Part shown: piece after piece, positions 37,458-45,752 of the stretch
Layout: every line of letters begins with the position of its first letter
Position numbering within the stretch: the stretch's first letter is position 1
IMG/VR virus record: IMGVR_UViG_3300028416_000501
Location: 1 to 64,000 of that record
Origin: a virus
Length of the DNA stretch: 64,000 nucleotides
Direction: 5' to 3' (one strand)
Notes under the pieces: generated by a model
Told to the model about the DNA's origin: nothing
What the model saw: the letters and a program-made list of their open reading frames with translations, nothing else
Database searches by the model: none
Position numbers and translations under genes: made by a program

Positions 37458-38248
37458 TGTCTAACATTTTAGTAATCGGAACAAGTCACGCAACAGACAG
37501 ACATGCGTATCAAGAAGAAAATTTAGTAAAGCAATATTATTGTAAGTTTGAAGACGGTGAGCAAACATGGCCGGAATATCTCGCTAGTAAATTGAATATG
37601 AATCTAATTGATATTGCAATAGAAGGAATTGGAATAGAAACATATGCTTCTAGAATATTATCAATAAAGGATACATATTCAATTGCATTATTAGAAATGC
37701 CCGATCACTATAGACATGAGATGTATGTGGAACAACATACAGATTACAAAAGCAATTATTTGTTTAATTATAATTTTTGGAAAGAACAACACTTTAAAGA
37801 TGAAATAATCAGATATAATCCAAGCGATTATGATTGTGATAAAACTACTATGAAGAAGATCAATAGAGCAAACAAAAATGCTACACAACCATTGACTTTG
37901 AACGATTTTCAGGCAAGTATTAGAAACATAGTTAGGCACAATGAGCATTTACAAAATGATAAAATCTATGCTACAATGTCAATGATAAACGGTTATTTAA
38001 AAAGTCAAAAAGTATTGCCTGTATGGTTCTCATATAATTTTGAAATAAGTGATTATGAATTTAAAGACTTTACATCAATAAACGAACAAATAGGCAAAAG
38101 CATTAAAGACTATGTGCAGGAAGACCTTAACTATAATCTAAATGATAAAAACTATGCAGGCGATGGAATTCATCTAAATAGTAATTATTGGAGACAACTG
38201 GTAGACAACTTGTTTGTAGAGTTTATTAAAGAGAAGACTAATGCCTAA
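37457..38248 (+). CDS. SGNH-like protein
   Basis: VIGTSH, TWPEYLA, IAIEGIG, DGIHLN. Confidence 0.55.
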   Translation: MSNILVIGTSHATDRHAYQEENLVKQYYCKFEDGEQTWPEYLASKLNMNLIDIAIEGIGIETYASRILSIKDTYSIALLEMPDHYRHEMYVEQHTDYKSNYLFNYNFWKEQHFKDEIIRYNPSDYDCDKTTMKKINRANKNATQPLTLNDFQASIRNIVRHNEHLQNDKIYATMSMINGYLKSQKVLPVWFSYNFEISDYEFKDFTSINEQIGKSIKDYVQEDLNYNLNDKNYAGDGIHLNSNYWRQLVDNLFVEFIKEKTNA

Positions 38249-38786
38249 CGAATTAATTGATAAAATTAGATCTCATCATAACAACAATCCTATAGAAATT
38301 ATAAAAGTTATATTAGACAATGGGTTTGATGTATCTAAAGGACTAGTATACTTACTAGACAATAATACAGTACTAAAAAGAATACCTTTAACATGTAATC
38401 AAGTAGAAGCAGTAGAACGAGTTAACAGTGTTGTTCCTGGATTTATTAAAGATTATAAAGTAAATGATACAAACACACACATAGATCTTTATCTTAAAAA
38501 GTACGAAGGCATACATCCAAGACCAAACAGTGTAAAAGATAAAAAACAGGCTCTAAGAATATTAAATGCTTGTGTTGATTTTTTTAAAAAGTCTAGTCCA
38601 TATGCAATGTATGATTTTAGTTCAGGTAATATTTTACTTGATGGTGATAATATTCATATTATAGATCTAGATTCAATATTCAATAATGACGAATATAAAA
38701 CATCAGCAAAAGACTGTTATAGATCAATGAATTGGTTACACAACCATATAGAATTTACAGAATTTAAAAAAATATGGACAAGTTAA
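38241..38786 (+). CDS. Minimal protein-kinase-like (APH/choline kinase fold) protein
   Basis: YDFSSGNILL catalytic loop and IIDLD. Confidence 0.55.
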   Translation: MPNELIDKIRSHHNNNPIEIIKVILDNGFDVSKGLVYLLDNNTVLKRIPLTCNQVEAVERVNSVVPGFIKDYKVNDTNTHIDLYLKKYEGIHPRPNSVKDKKQALRILNACVDFFKKSSPYAMYDFSSGNILLDGDNIHIIDLDSIFNNDEYKTSAKDCYRSMNWLHNHIEFTEFKKIWTS

Positions 38787-39256
38787 TTTTAAAAGGAGAT
38801 ATGATATTTCGAAAAGATGATCTATCAATCTTTATGTCTGAAATAGTTAATGAACGTATACAAGAAACAATAGATGCAGTAACTAGTGCATATCCAGTAC
38901 TTGACTATGTTGTAAAAGGTAATTTTATTTATGTAGCAACTAAAAATGCACATGTTATTAACGAAGCGTTTGATTTATGTACTGCATATTCATCTTGTAT
39001 AAAGGTATTTAATGATAGCCAGCCGTATTTTGAAACTGAAATTAGTTATGAAAATACAATAGTTAATAAAGATACATTTACTATTTTACCAATGGGAACT
39101 GATGTTTTTGATTTACAACCAAAAACAAACAAAGAATTTAAAGAAAATGTACTTGACCATATAGAAGAATGGACAGGTAAACGAGATGAAAAATTGTTTG
39201 ACAAATTGTTCAAACAACTGTATAATACTAACAAAAGCGGAGAAAATAATGGCTAA
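38774..39256 (+). CDS. Degenerate paralog of the upstream kinase-like gene
   Basis: SCIKVFNDSQPYFETEISYENTIVNKD aligns with ACVDFFKKSSPYAMYDFSSGNILLDGD. Confidence 0.5.
   Translation: MDKLILKGDMIFRKDDLSIFMSEIVNERIQETIDAVTSAYPVLDYVVKGNFIYVATKNAHVINEAFDLCTAYSSCIKVFNDSQPYFETEISYENTIVNKDTFTILPMGTDVFDLQPKTNKEFKENVLDHIEEWTGKRDEKLFDKLFKQLYNTNKSGENNG
39198..39226 (+). promoter_or_regulatory. Consensus sigma70 promoter for the clamp loader, embedded in the upstream CDS
   Basis: TTGACA-17nt-TATAAT with TTGTTTGA/TCAAACAA inverted repeat. Confidence 0.7.
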
Positions 39257-40181
39257 AGATTTATGGGTAGAAAAGTACAGACCTACTAATGTAGGAGAGT
39301 ATGTATTTAGAGATGAAGCACAACGTAAGCAGGTGCAAAACTGGATAGACGATGGTGGTATTCCACACTTGTTATTCAGCGGTAGTCCTGGTACAGGTAA
39401 AACTACTCTTGCTAAAGTTCTCATTGAAGAACTAAGTGTAGAAAAAGCAGATGTACTATACATTAACGCTAGTAGAGATAACGGCGTTGAAATGATTCGT
39501 AAGAAAATTAGTGCATTTAGTGAAACTATGCCTTGGGGTGAATTTAAGGTAATTCTACTTGATGAGGCTGACCATATATCTCCAGAAGGGCAAGCGGCAT
39601 TGCGTGGAGTAATGGAACAGTATCATGCAAGCGTAAGATTTATTTTAACTTGTAATTATCCTAATATGATTATTCCTGCACTACACAGTAGATGTCAAGG
39701 CTTTCATATTGAACAACTAGACCAAACAGATTTTACAGTGCGTGTTGCAGAGATACTTGCAGAAAATAAAGTTGAATTTGATATCGATACACTAGATGCT
39801 ATGGTTCGTGCTAACTATCCTGACTTGCGTAAAACTATTAATACAGTGCAAATGACTATTGTAGACAACAAACTATTATTGCCAGAACAAGGCGGTAGTA
39901 CTGCTGAATGGCGTGTTAAAATGGTAGAGTTGTTTAAGGAAGGCAAGATACAAGATGCACGAAAACTTATTGTAGGCGCTGCAAGGGCAGATGAATACAA
40001 TGAGATCTTTACTTGGTTATATAGAAACTTGGACTTGTATACTAATGATGACTTTACATATGACAGTTGTGTACTAGCAATCAGAGAAGGCATGATCAAG
40101 CATACTCAGGTAGCAGACCCCGAAATCAATCTAAGTGCCACTATGGTAGAAATTGCGAGAACATTAAACACAAATTCTTAA
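39249..40181 (+). CDS. Clamp loader ATPase subunit (T4 gp44/RFC-like)
   Basis: LWVEKYRP, GSPGTGKTT, INASRDNG, LDEAD, ALHSRC; start moved to 39249 after GGAG. Confidence 0.93.
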   Translation: MAKDLWVEKYRPTNVGEYVFRDEAQRKQVQNWIDDGGIPHLLFSGSPGTGKTTLAKVLIEELSVEKADVLYINASRDNGVEMIRKKISAFSETMPWGEFKVILLDEADHISPEGQAALRGVMEQYHASVRFILTCNYPNMIIPALHSRCQGFHIEQLDQTDFTVRVAEILAENKVEFDIDTLDAMVRANYPDLRKTINTVQMTIVDNKLLLPEQGGSTAEWRVKMVELFKEGKIQDARKLIVGAARADEYNEIFTWLYRNLDLYTNDDFTYDSCVLAIREGMIKHTQVADPEINLSATMVEIARTLNTNS

Positions 40182-40359
40182 CCTACCAATTTCATAACAT
40201 TATCAGTAATTCATACTGAATATTTCTATAATATTCAATTAACTGACAATAGAAGTACCATCCAATAAATCCATAAATATAAGTGTAGCAGTAATATTGT
40301 TACAAACGATAGATTGAAAACAATTACTAGAAGCGATTTTTTAACGAATATATTGTGTA

Positions 40360-40614
40360 ATGAGACAGATACAAATTGATAAAAGTTTAGATTATTATGG
40401 GGAACAAATATCATATAAAGTCTCAGGAACTGTAGAAGGGGTTCAGCAATTAGTAAAAGAATATCAACCTAAAAAAGTAATATTTACTGAAACAAGTAGA
40501 TATAAAGACTTTGACTCTTGCCTTGATTTTGTTGCTGGCACATGGGTTCAGGTTTATTTTTTGTTCGATGAAGAACAAGCGATGCTTTTTCGTTTATCTA
40601 AAAAAATTAGATAA
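40360..40614 (+). CDS. Hypothetical protein
   Basis: 84 aa; C-terminal F.DEEQAMLFRL motif. Confidence 0.55.
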   Translation: MRQIQIDKSLDYYGEQISYKVSGTVEGVQQLVKEYQPKKVIFTETSRYKDFDSCLDFVAGTWVQVYFLFDEEQAMLFRLSKKIR

Positions 40615-40617
40615 ATA
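40610..40617 (+). promoter_or_regulatory. T4-type late promoter (GATAAATA)
   Basis: 30 nt before ATG of the MotA-like gene. Confidence 0.5.
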
Positions 40618-40647
40618 TTAATTAGTGATAAAAGGAAAGAGAACGTT

Positions 40648-41088
40648 ATGAATAAGAGATTTTTAGTATGGTGGTTGATTGTTGTTGTACAATTTATTGG
40701 ATTAGGGACAGCAGTATATTACAATGCTATTCCATTCTTGTTAGAAAATGACTCAACTAAATTGAGCTTTGCAATTATAACTATGTGGTTTGCTGCAACA
40801 GCAAGCATTGGTTATAGAAGTTTAAAAGAAAGAACAGATTTTGAGACACCGTGGTTTATAGGCGAGGCCTGTATGACAGTAGGTATGGTAGGAACCGTTA
40901 TTGGATTTATGCTTATGCTAGGAAGTAGCTTTGCAGAAATTGATCCATCAAACGTTGATAGCATGAAGCGTGTTATTACTGACATGGCTTCTGGTATGAG
41001 TACAGCATTACTTACAACACTATGTGGTTTGGTTGCTAGTTTGTTTGTTAAAGTGCAAGTAATTATACAAGAGCAAGAGTATGTCTAA
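40648..41088 (+). CDS. MotA/TolQ/ExbB proton-channel family protein
   Basis: GMVGTVIGFM and GMSTALLTTLCGL TM motifs. Confidence 0.8.
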   Translation: MNKRFLVWWLIVVVQFIGLGTAVYYNAIPFLLENDSTKLSFAIITMWFAATASIGYRSLKERTDFETPWFIGEACMTVGMVGTVIGFMLMLGSSFAEIDPSNVDSMKRVITDMASGMSTALLTTLCGLVASLFVKVQVIIQEQEYV

Positions 41089-41686
41089 TAGACGTCAAGG
41101 TTCAAATTTAGCATTTAACGATTTATTATTTAATGTCCTTATTGGATTTGTTATGCTGTTTGTTATTGCATTTCTTCTCATAAATCCTATTGCCAAAAAA
41201 GCAGATATTCCAGTTAAAGCAGAATTTATAATTGTTCTAGAATGGGACGAAGATGCCAGTGACGACTTAGATTTATGGATGCAGTTAGATAAAAATAAAC
41301 CTGTTGGATTTACTAACAGAGAAGATACTCCATTACATTTAGATAGAGACGATTTAGGTACAACTAATGATCGTATTGTTGTTGATGGGAAAGTTATCTT
41401 TATAAAAACAAACAGAGAAACAATAACAATACGAGGTATTGTTCCAGGAGAGTATTTTGTTACGGTACATGCTTATTCTAAAAAAGCAGCAAATGTTCCA
41501 TATACTGTTACTGTTATGAAAGTTAACCCATTTAGACAACTTTACAGTTTAACAGGAGAGTTTTTAGTGAACAGAGAAATACAAAGATTGCCAGCATTTA
41601 CAGTAGATGCTAACGGCAGAGTAACAAGTGTATTCCAACACTTTAAAGATATAGTACCATCAAGAAGCGGAGTAGCACCACAATGA
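41081..41686 (+). CDS. MotB/TolR/ExbD-like partner with single TM and periplasmic beta domain
   Basis: AFNDLLFNVLIGFVMLF (TM Asp); DDLDLW, LDRDDLG. Confidence 0.6.
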   Translation: MSNRRQGSNLAFNDLLFNVLIGFVMLFVIAFLLINPIAKKADIPVKAEFIIVLEWDEDASDDLDLWMQLDKNKPVGFTNREDTPLHLDRDDLGTTNDRIVVDGKVIFIKTNRETITIRGIVPGEYFVTVHAYSKKAANVPYTVTVMKVNPFRQLYSLTGEFLVNREIQRLPAFTVDANGRVTSVFQHFKDIVPSRSGVAPQ

Positions 41687-42300
41687 TAATTTATATTTCA
41701 ATAGGACTAATTTTTGCACTATCAGTACTTACAGTGTATTCACTAATACAACTAGGTAAAAACAACATATTAACTTTTTTCTTAATTCCGTTGGCCCTTG
41801 TTGCAAGTATATTCACAGGTTATACACTTTTTGCATTACAAGGAACACCAATTGACGACATGCCAGAAGGTCAAGTAGAAGTTATTTGGGTAGAGATACA
41901 GAAGCCTAATATATACTTTTTAGTTAGACCAGCAGGTGAAACACAACCAGTTTATCACCGTATTCCATACACTAACAAAAATGCAGATAAAATGGCAGAA
42001 CTTCAGAAAAAAGCAGATGGCGGCAGACCAGTAACTGGTGAGTTTAAAGAAATGGAAACCGGCAAAACTGATTTAAGTAGAAACGAAGATATACGCTTTG
42101 ATGAAATAGAAAGAAGTCCATTGCCTACAAAGAAACCAGTACTCAGAGATATGGGAGTTGATGAGAACTTAATTAACGAAATACACAATCAAGATGTAGG
42201 TGATAATACTGCTAGAGATTACAGTCCAATAGGCAGTAATATTATTGATCCCGAAGAAAGTATGAAATCTTGTGATACACATTTTGGTTGCGGACCATAA
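41683..42300 (+). CDS. Membrane-anchored protein, third member of the MotA-like operon
   Basis: Two N-terminal TMs; ATGA overlap. Confidence 0.6.
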   Translation: MIIYISIGLIFALSVLTVYSLIQLGKNNILTFFLIPLALVASIFTGYTLFALQGTPIDDMPEGQVEVIWVEIQKPNIYFLVRPAGETQPVYHRIPYTNKNADKMAELQKKADGGRPVTGEFKEMETGKTDLSRNEDIRFDEIERSPLPTKKPVLRDMGVDENLINEIHNQDVGDNTARDYSPIGSNIIDPEESMKSCDTHFGCGP

Positions 42301-42415
42301 TAATTAATGGAATACTGGCGTATATATAGAAATATGCGTAGAAATGGATATACAAAAGAAGCGGCTAGGGCCTGGATTTATGTATTAAAAGAACAATTAA
42401 TTTAAATTATTTTAC

Positions 42416-42484
42416 AAACCCTTGTTTTGCAAGGGTTTTTTCTTGAACAAAAAGGTTGACAACCAAGACATCTTGTCGTATAGT
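42416..42484 (+). promoter_or_regulatory. Terminator hairpin plus sigma70 promoter cassette with CAAGA-N2-TCTTG operator (copy 3)
   Basis: AAACCCTTG-ttttg-CAAGGGTTTTTT; TTGACA 42456, TATAGT 42479; palindrome 42464-42475. Confidence 0.8.
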
Positions 42485-42518
42485 ATTAGTATAAGTTAGT
42501 TAAACAGAAAGATACAAT

Positions 42519-42761
42519 ATGTCAAATTATGCAACATTACAAGAATCAATTAACACTGCAACTTTTAACTCAGAAAACTGGAATGCTGATGGTAGCATTA
42601 ACTGGAGTTTTGTTGACGCAGATGCGTTTGATGAGTGTAATAAATTGTTTGACGGAACAGCATTGTTTTACGAAGCATTTGATGAAATCGTAACAAATAT
42701 GCGTAATGAAATGCGTGAAGAAGCGGTATCAGAAGCACGTTTTGAAATGGCAATATCTTAA
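42519..42761 (+). CDS. Small acidic early protein (NWxFVDAD family, copy A)
   Basis: NSENWNADGSINWSFVDAD. Confidence 0.7.
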   Translation: MSNYATLQESINTATFNSENWNADGSINWSFVDADAFDECNKLFDGTALFYEAFDEIVTNMRNEMREEAVSEARFEMAIS

Positions 42762-42769
42762 TAAAAAGG

Positions 42770-42798
42770 TTGACAACAGCAAGAAGTCTTGCTATAAT
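42770..42798 (+). promoter_or_regulatory. Sigma70 promoter with AGCAAGA-N2-TCTTGCT operator (copy 4)
   Basis: TTGACA-17nt-TATAAT; palindrome 42778-42793. Confidence 0.85.
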
Positions 42799-42828
42799 AG
42801 TAGTATAAATTAACAAGGAGAACCAAAT

Positions 42829-43065
42829 ATGTTAGACACAAAATTTATCCAAGCATTTGAAAAAGCTGCAACAAACCCAGAAAACATTGATGAGAACAAT
42901 GAAGTTAATTGGAACTACGTTGATGCAGATATGCACTTAGATGGTTTTGCTGATAAGATTGGTGAAAACTACTTGAGCTGGTTTAATGACATGGCTGATC
43001 AGTTTGAATTAAATCAAGCTGCAGATCGTTTGGAAGTTTTGAAAACAGATTATTTGGGACAATAA
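42829..43065 (+). CDS. Small acidic early protein (NWxYVDAD family, copy B)
   Basis: NPENIDENNEVNWNYVDAD; AAGGAG SD. Confidence 0.7.
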   Translation: MLDTKFIQAFEKAATNPENIDENNEVNWNYVDADMHLDGFADKIGENYLSWFNDMADQFELNQAADRLEVLKTDYLGQ

Positions 43066-43068
43066 TTG

Positions 43069-43518
43069 ATGAACTATATTGAGATAACAGGCGGCAAAAA
43101 AAGCCAACAAGACAAGATACGCACAATGGTAGAGTTTTGTATTAAAAAACTTATGCCTCGTATGAAAACTCTTAATATTGAAGTTAAAGTTACTCGCATC
43201 AAAGGTGATGCTGAAGGCTATTGTTTGCGTGAGTCAGACAGAGATTTTGAAATTGAAGTAGATAGCAGATTACCATTGCGTAAGATGTTAGAAACAGTTG
43301 CACACGAAATGGTACATGTCAAACAGTATGCTAGGCGTGAAATGAATGACTGGCAGTACAAAGAAGTGTACTATAAATGGAAAGGAACATATGTTCCTGA
43401 TTCAACCGACTATTGGGATTTGCCTTGGGAGATTGAAGCTAACGGTAGAGAAGTTGGATTGTTTATTCGTTGGGCTCAACAGTATGGATGGGCAGGCAAA
43501 GAGTGGACACAAATTTAA
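43069..43518 (+). CDS. Zincin-like metallopeptidase
   Basis: VAHEMVHVKQ (HExxH) and PWEIEA. Confidence 0.75.
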   Translation: MNYIEITGGKKSQQDKIRTMVEFCIKKLMPRMKTLNIEVKVTRIKGDAEGYCLRESDRDFEIEVDSRLPLRKMLETVAHEMVHVKQYARREMNDWQYKEVYYKWKGTYVPDSTDYWDLPWEIEANGREVGLFIRWAQQYGWAGKEWTQI

Positions 43519-43733
43519 TTTAGTGTAACTTCTTTAACACCTTGTAGTTTTAATAAGAAATACTCCTTCTGGGAGTATTTTTTTTGAATCCAAATTGCAT
43601 GTCTTGGATCAGCACCATATTTAAATATAGTCATTTCGTAGTAATATCCAACAATTAGATTACCACTAGTCATACGTTTTGGCCACCAAGCAAACACTCT
43701 GTTAACTGTATCGGGTCTTCGTATTATTCCCAT
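43515..43733 (-). CDS. Small hypothetical protein, last gene of the minus-strand block
   Basis: FAWWPKRMTSG; its stop overlaps the stop of the convergent gene (TTAA). Confidence 0.55.
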   Translation of the reverse strand: MGIIRRPDTVNRVFAWWPKRMTSGNLIVGYYYEMTIFKYGADPRHAIWIQKKYSQKEYFLLKLQGVKEVTLN

Positions 43734-44899
43734 TATTTAAAAGTTTCGTCGCCTGGAAATAGAGGCATTTTTGTTCCTGCTCTACGCTTAGGAATTTTAC
43801 TATCAGCACTACTTACACATGCACCTGTTGTACATAATGCAGGACCATCAAACAACTTAAATCCTGTTTCAATGTTGCCCAAAGGTTGATCCATACAACT
43901 GTAAGAACGCTTAACACTACCATCAGGTTCACGTATAATTATGCTACGGTATCCGCTACTACATTCCCATCCTTTAAACTTATTAAAGTCAAATGCGTTG
44001 AATCGTTCTGCTTGGTCCATGTACCACGGCTCGCCATCTTCATCTCTGAATTCTACTTGCATGTGCCAAGGAACTTTTGCAGTTTGCTTTCTATATTCAT
44101 CTTCTTGATCAATTTTAAATGTAGGCTTAGGTCTTGTTACTAATTGTTTTTGTTTAGCCTTAGCTTCTGTATATCCACGTTGCGGCATTCCATTATGCAA
44201 TTTAGCTCGCATCTCATCTGTATAACCGTCTACTACTCTACTTGCAGTTGGATCACTTTGAGGCTTTAGTGTTACATTGATTCCTTGATTGTGAAAGAAC
44301 AATGCGTTTTCATAATATTCATCAAATAATTCTGGAACCATAACCATATTAATAGTTACCTGCACATCATGTTCTTGACATAGTATAAGTTTGTCTGCAA
44401 GATCTTGCATCTTCTCAACTGTGTCAACATGCTCAACATGTAAACTACATGTGATACTAGCACGGTGAAAATGGCTTGCATAATCTACATAGGTTTTAAA
44501 CCATTTCATATTACGACTACAGTTACTTGTCATGTGTACACTTGTATAGTTTGTGTTATGCACATCATCGCTTAGATGTTTCAGCATATCCAAGTACCCA
44601 GGATGAAACGTTGGTTCGCCTCCACTTAAACTAAAATGGAAACTGTTAAATCCACGTTCACGTGCTTGACGTTTAATCTCATCAATAGTTTTTAAATTTA
44701 GCTCTGTAGGTCTATGGTCTTTTCTACTGCTTCTAGCATAAGGCCAACAGTAACTACAGTTGTAGTTACAAAAGCGGCCTAGTAGCCAACTCACAGTGAA
44801 CATGTCTCTGTACAACATATTGCGTTGTCCTACACGAACTAGTTTATCGTACGGTGTTTTAGTGAAGTCGTACTCGCTCCATTTTAAATCATTTGTCAT
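43733..44899 (-). CDS. Radical SAM protein with C-terminal twitch/SPASM-like domain
   Basis: CNYNCSYC, SGGEP, C-terminal GWECSSG...C...C...C. Confidence 0.9.
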   Translation of the reverse strand: MTNDLKWSEYDFTKTPYDKLVRVGQRNMLYRDMFTVSWLLGRFCNYNCSYCWPYARSSRKDHRPTELNLKTIDEIKRQARERGFNSFHFSLSGGEPTFHPGYLDMLKHLSDDVHNTNYTSVHMTSNCSRNMKWFKTYVDYASHFHRASITCSLHVEHVDTVEKMQDLADKLILCQEHDVQVTINMVMVPELFDEYYENALFFHNQGINVTLKPQSDPTASRVVDGYTDEMRAKLHNGMPQRGYTEAKAKQKQLVTRPKPTFKIDQEDEYRKQTAKVPWHMQVEFRDEDGEPWYMDQAERFNAFDFNKFKGWECSSGYRSIIIREPDGSVKRSYSCMDQPLGNIETGFKLFDGPALCTTGACVSSADSKIPKRRAGTKMPLFPGDETFK

Positions 44900-45752
44900 T
44901 ATTGTAATTCTTCGTTATATAGTTTACCCATGTATTTATACCTTGCTTAGTGCTGTACATTTTCTCGTCAGGCTTAATGTTTTTAAAATCTTCTAAATTA
45001 AAATAAAAGAATGTTGTTTTTGTTTCTAACCATTTCTCAATTAAACCTGCTAATATGGAGTGTGTTTCATTTGTAAAATGTGCAGGCCTAACATCGTAAG
45101 ATGGGAACAGATCTTTATCCCATCCTAATATTGTATTTTCAAATTTAACAAGATCAAGCAATGAATGTACTTCTGGTCTTAGTATATTTTCATTTGTATT
45201 AGGATCATACCAATGAAATCCTTTTATAATCTTAGCGTCTGGTCTTAGTCTTGTAACCTTATCCAATATTAGTTTGGCAAATGTATTTTCTCTTTCTGTA
45301 AATCCATTATGCACATGAAGTTCATGCCAGTTTGCTATTTTTGAATACATATGATGTTTGTACATTGAATTGTCATCTTTGAGTTTTGCATATTTATTAG
45401 CCTCATTATTTGCCATTTCTATACTAGTCGAATGAGCATTATCATCATTTGGCCCACGATTATCTTCTTCCCAATAATCATGCATAAAGGTTAATCTATT
45501 GTTTGAATTTGTTAATACAAAGATAACTTGCTCATACTGTTGATGATACTTTTCAAACTGCATAAAACTGTAATATAAATCAGTTCCACCAAGTCCATAC
45601 GAATCCGCATCTAGTAGATCTATCCATGTTTTAAAAATACTATTATTAAATAAATTAATTTGCCTCTGAGTTTCCATGATTGATTGGTGCGGTACTATGA
45701 CTTTGCTTTCTGCAAAACTATCTCCAAATACACCTATTTTTTTACTGAACAT
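44889..45752 (-). CDS. SGNH-like protein
   Basis: GVFGDSF, YGLGGT, RPAHF. Confidence 0.55.
   Translation of the reverse strand: MFSKKIGVFGDSFAESKVIVPHQSIMETQRQINLFNNSIFKTWIDLLDADSYGLGGTDLYYSFMQFEKYHQQYEQVIFVLTNSNNRLTFMHDYWEEDNRGPNDDNAHSTSIEMANNEANKYAKLKDDNSMYKHHMYSKIANWHELHVHNGFTERENTFAKLILDKVTRLRPDAKIIKGFHWYDPNTNENILRPEVHSLLDLVKFENTILGWDKDLFPSYDVRPAHFTNETHSILAGLIEKWLETKTTFFYFNLEDFKNIKPDEKMYSTKQGINTWVNYITKNYNNDK
44933..44940 (-). promoter_or_regulatory. Possible late promoter TATAAATA
   Basis: Exact T4 late consensus 33 nt upstream of ATG 44899, inside the upstream CDS. Confidence 0.4.

Noticed and set aside
42416-42441. AAACCCTTG...CAAGGGTTT as an IscR-type operator given the Fe-S genes
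   Set aside because: Loop length varies between the three copies and each is followed by a T-run, which fits an intrinsic terminator hairpin better than a fixed-spacing protein site
43515-43518. Strand switch as a possible inversion or mobile-element boundary
   Set aside because: Convergent genes simply share a TTAA; no flanking repeats, integrase or transposase seen
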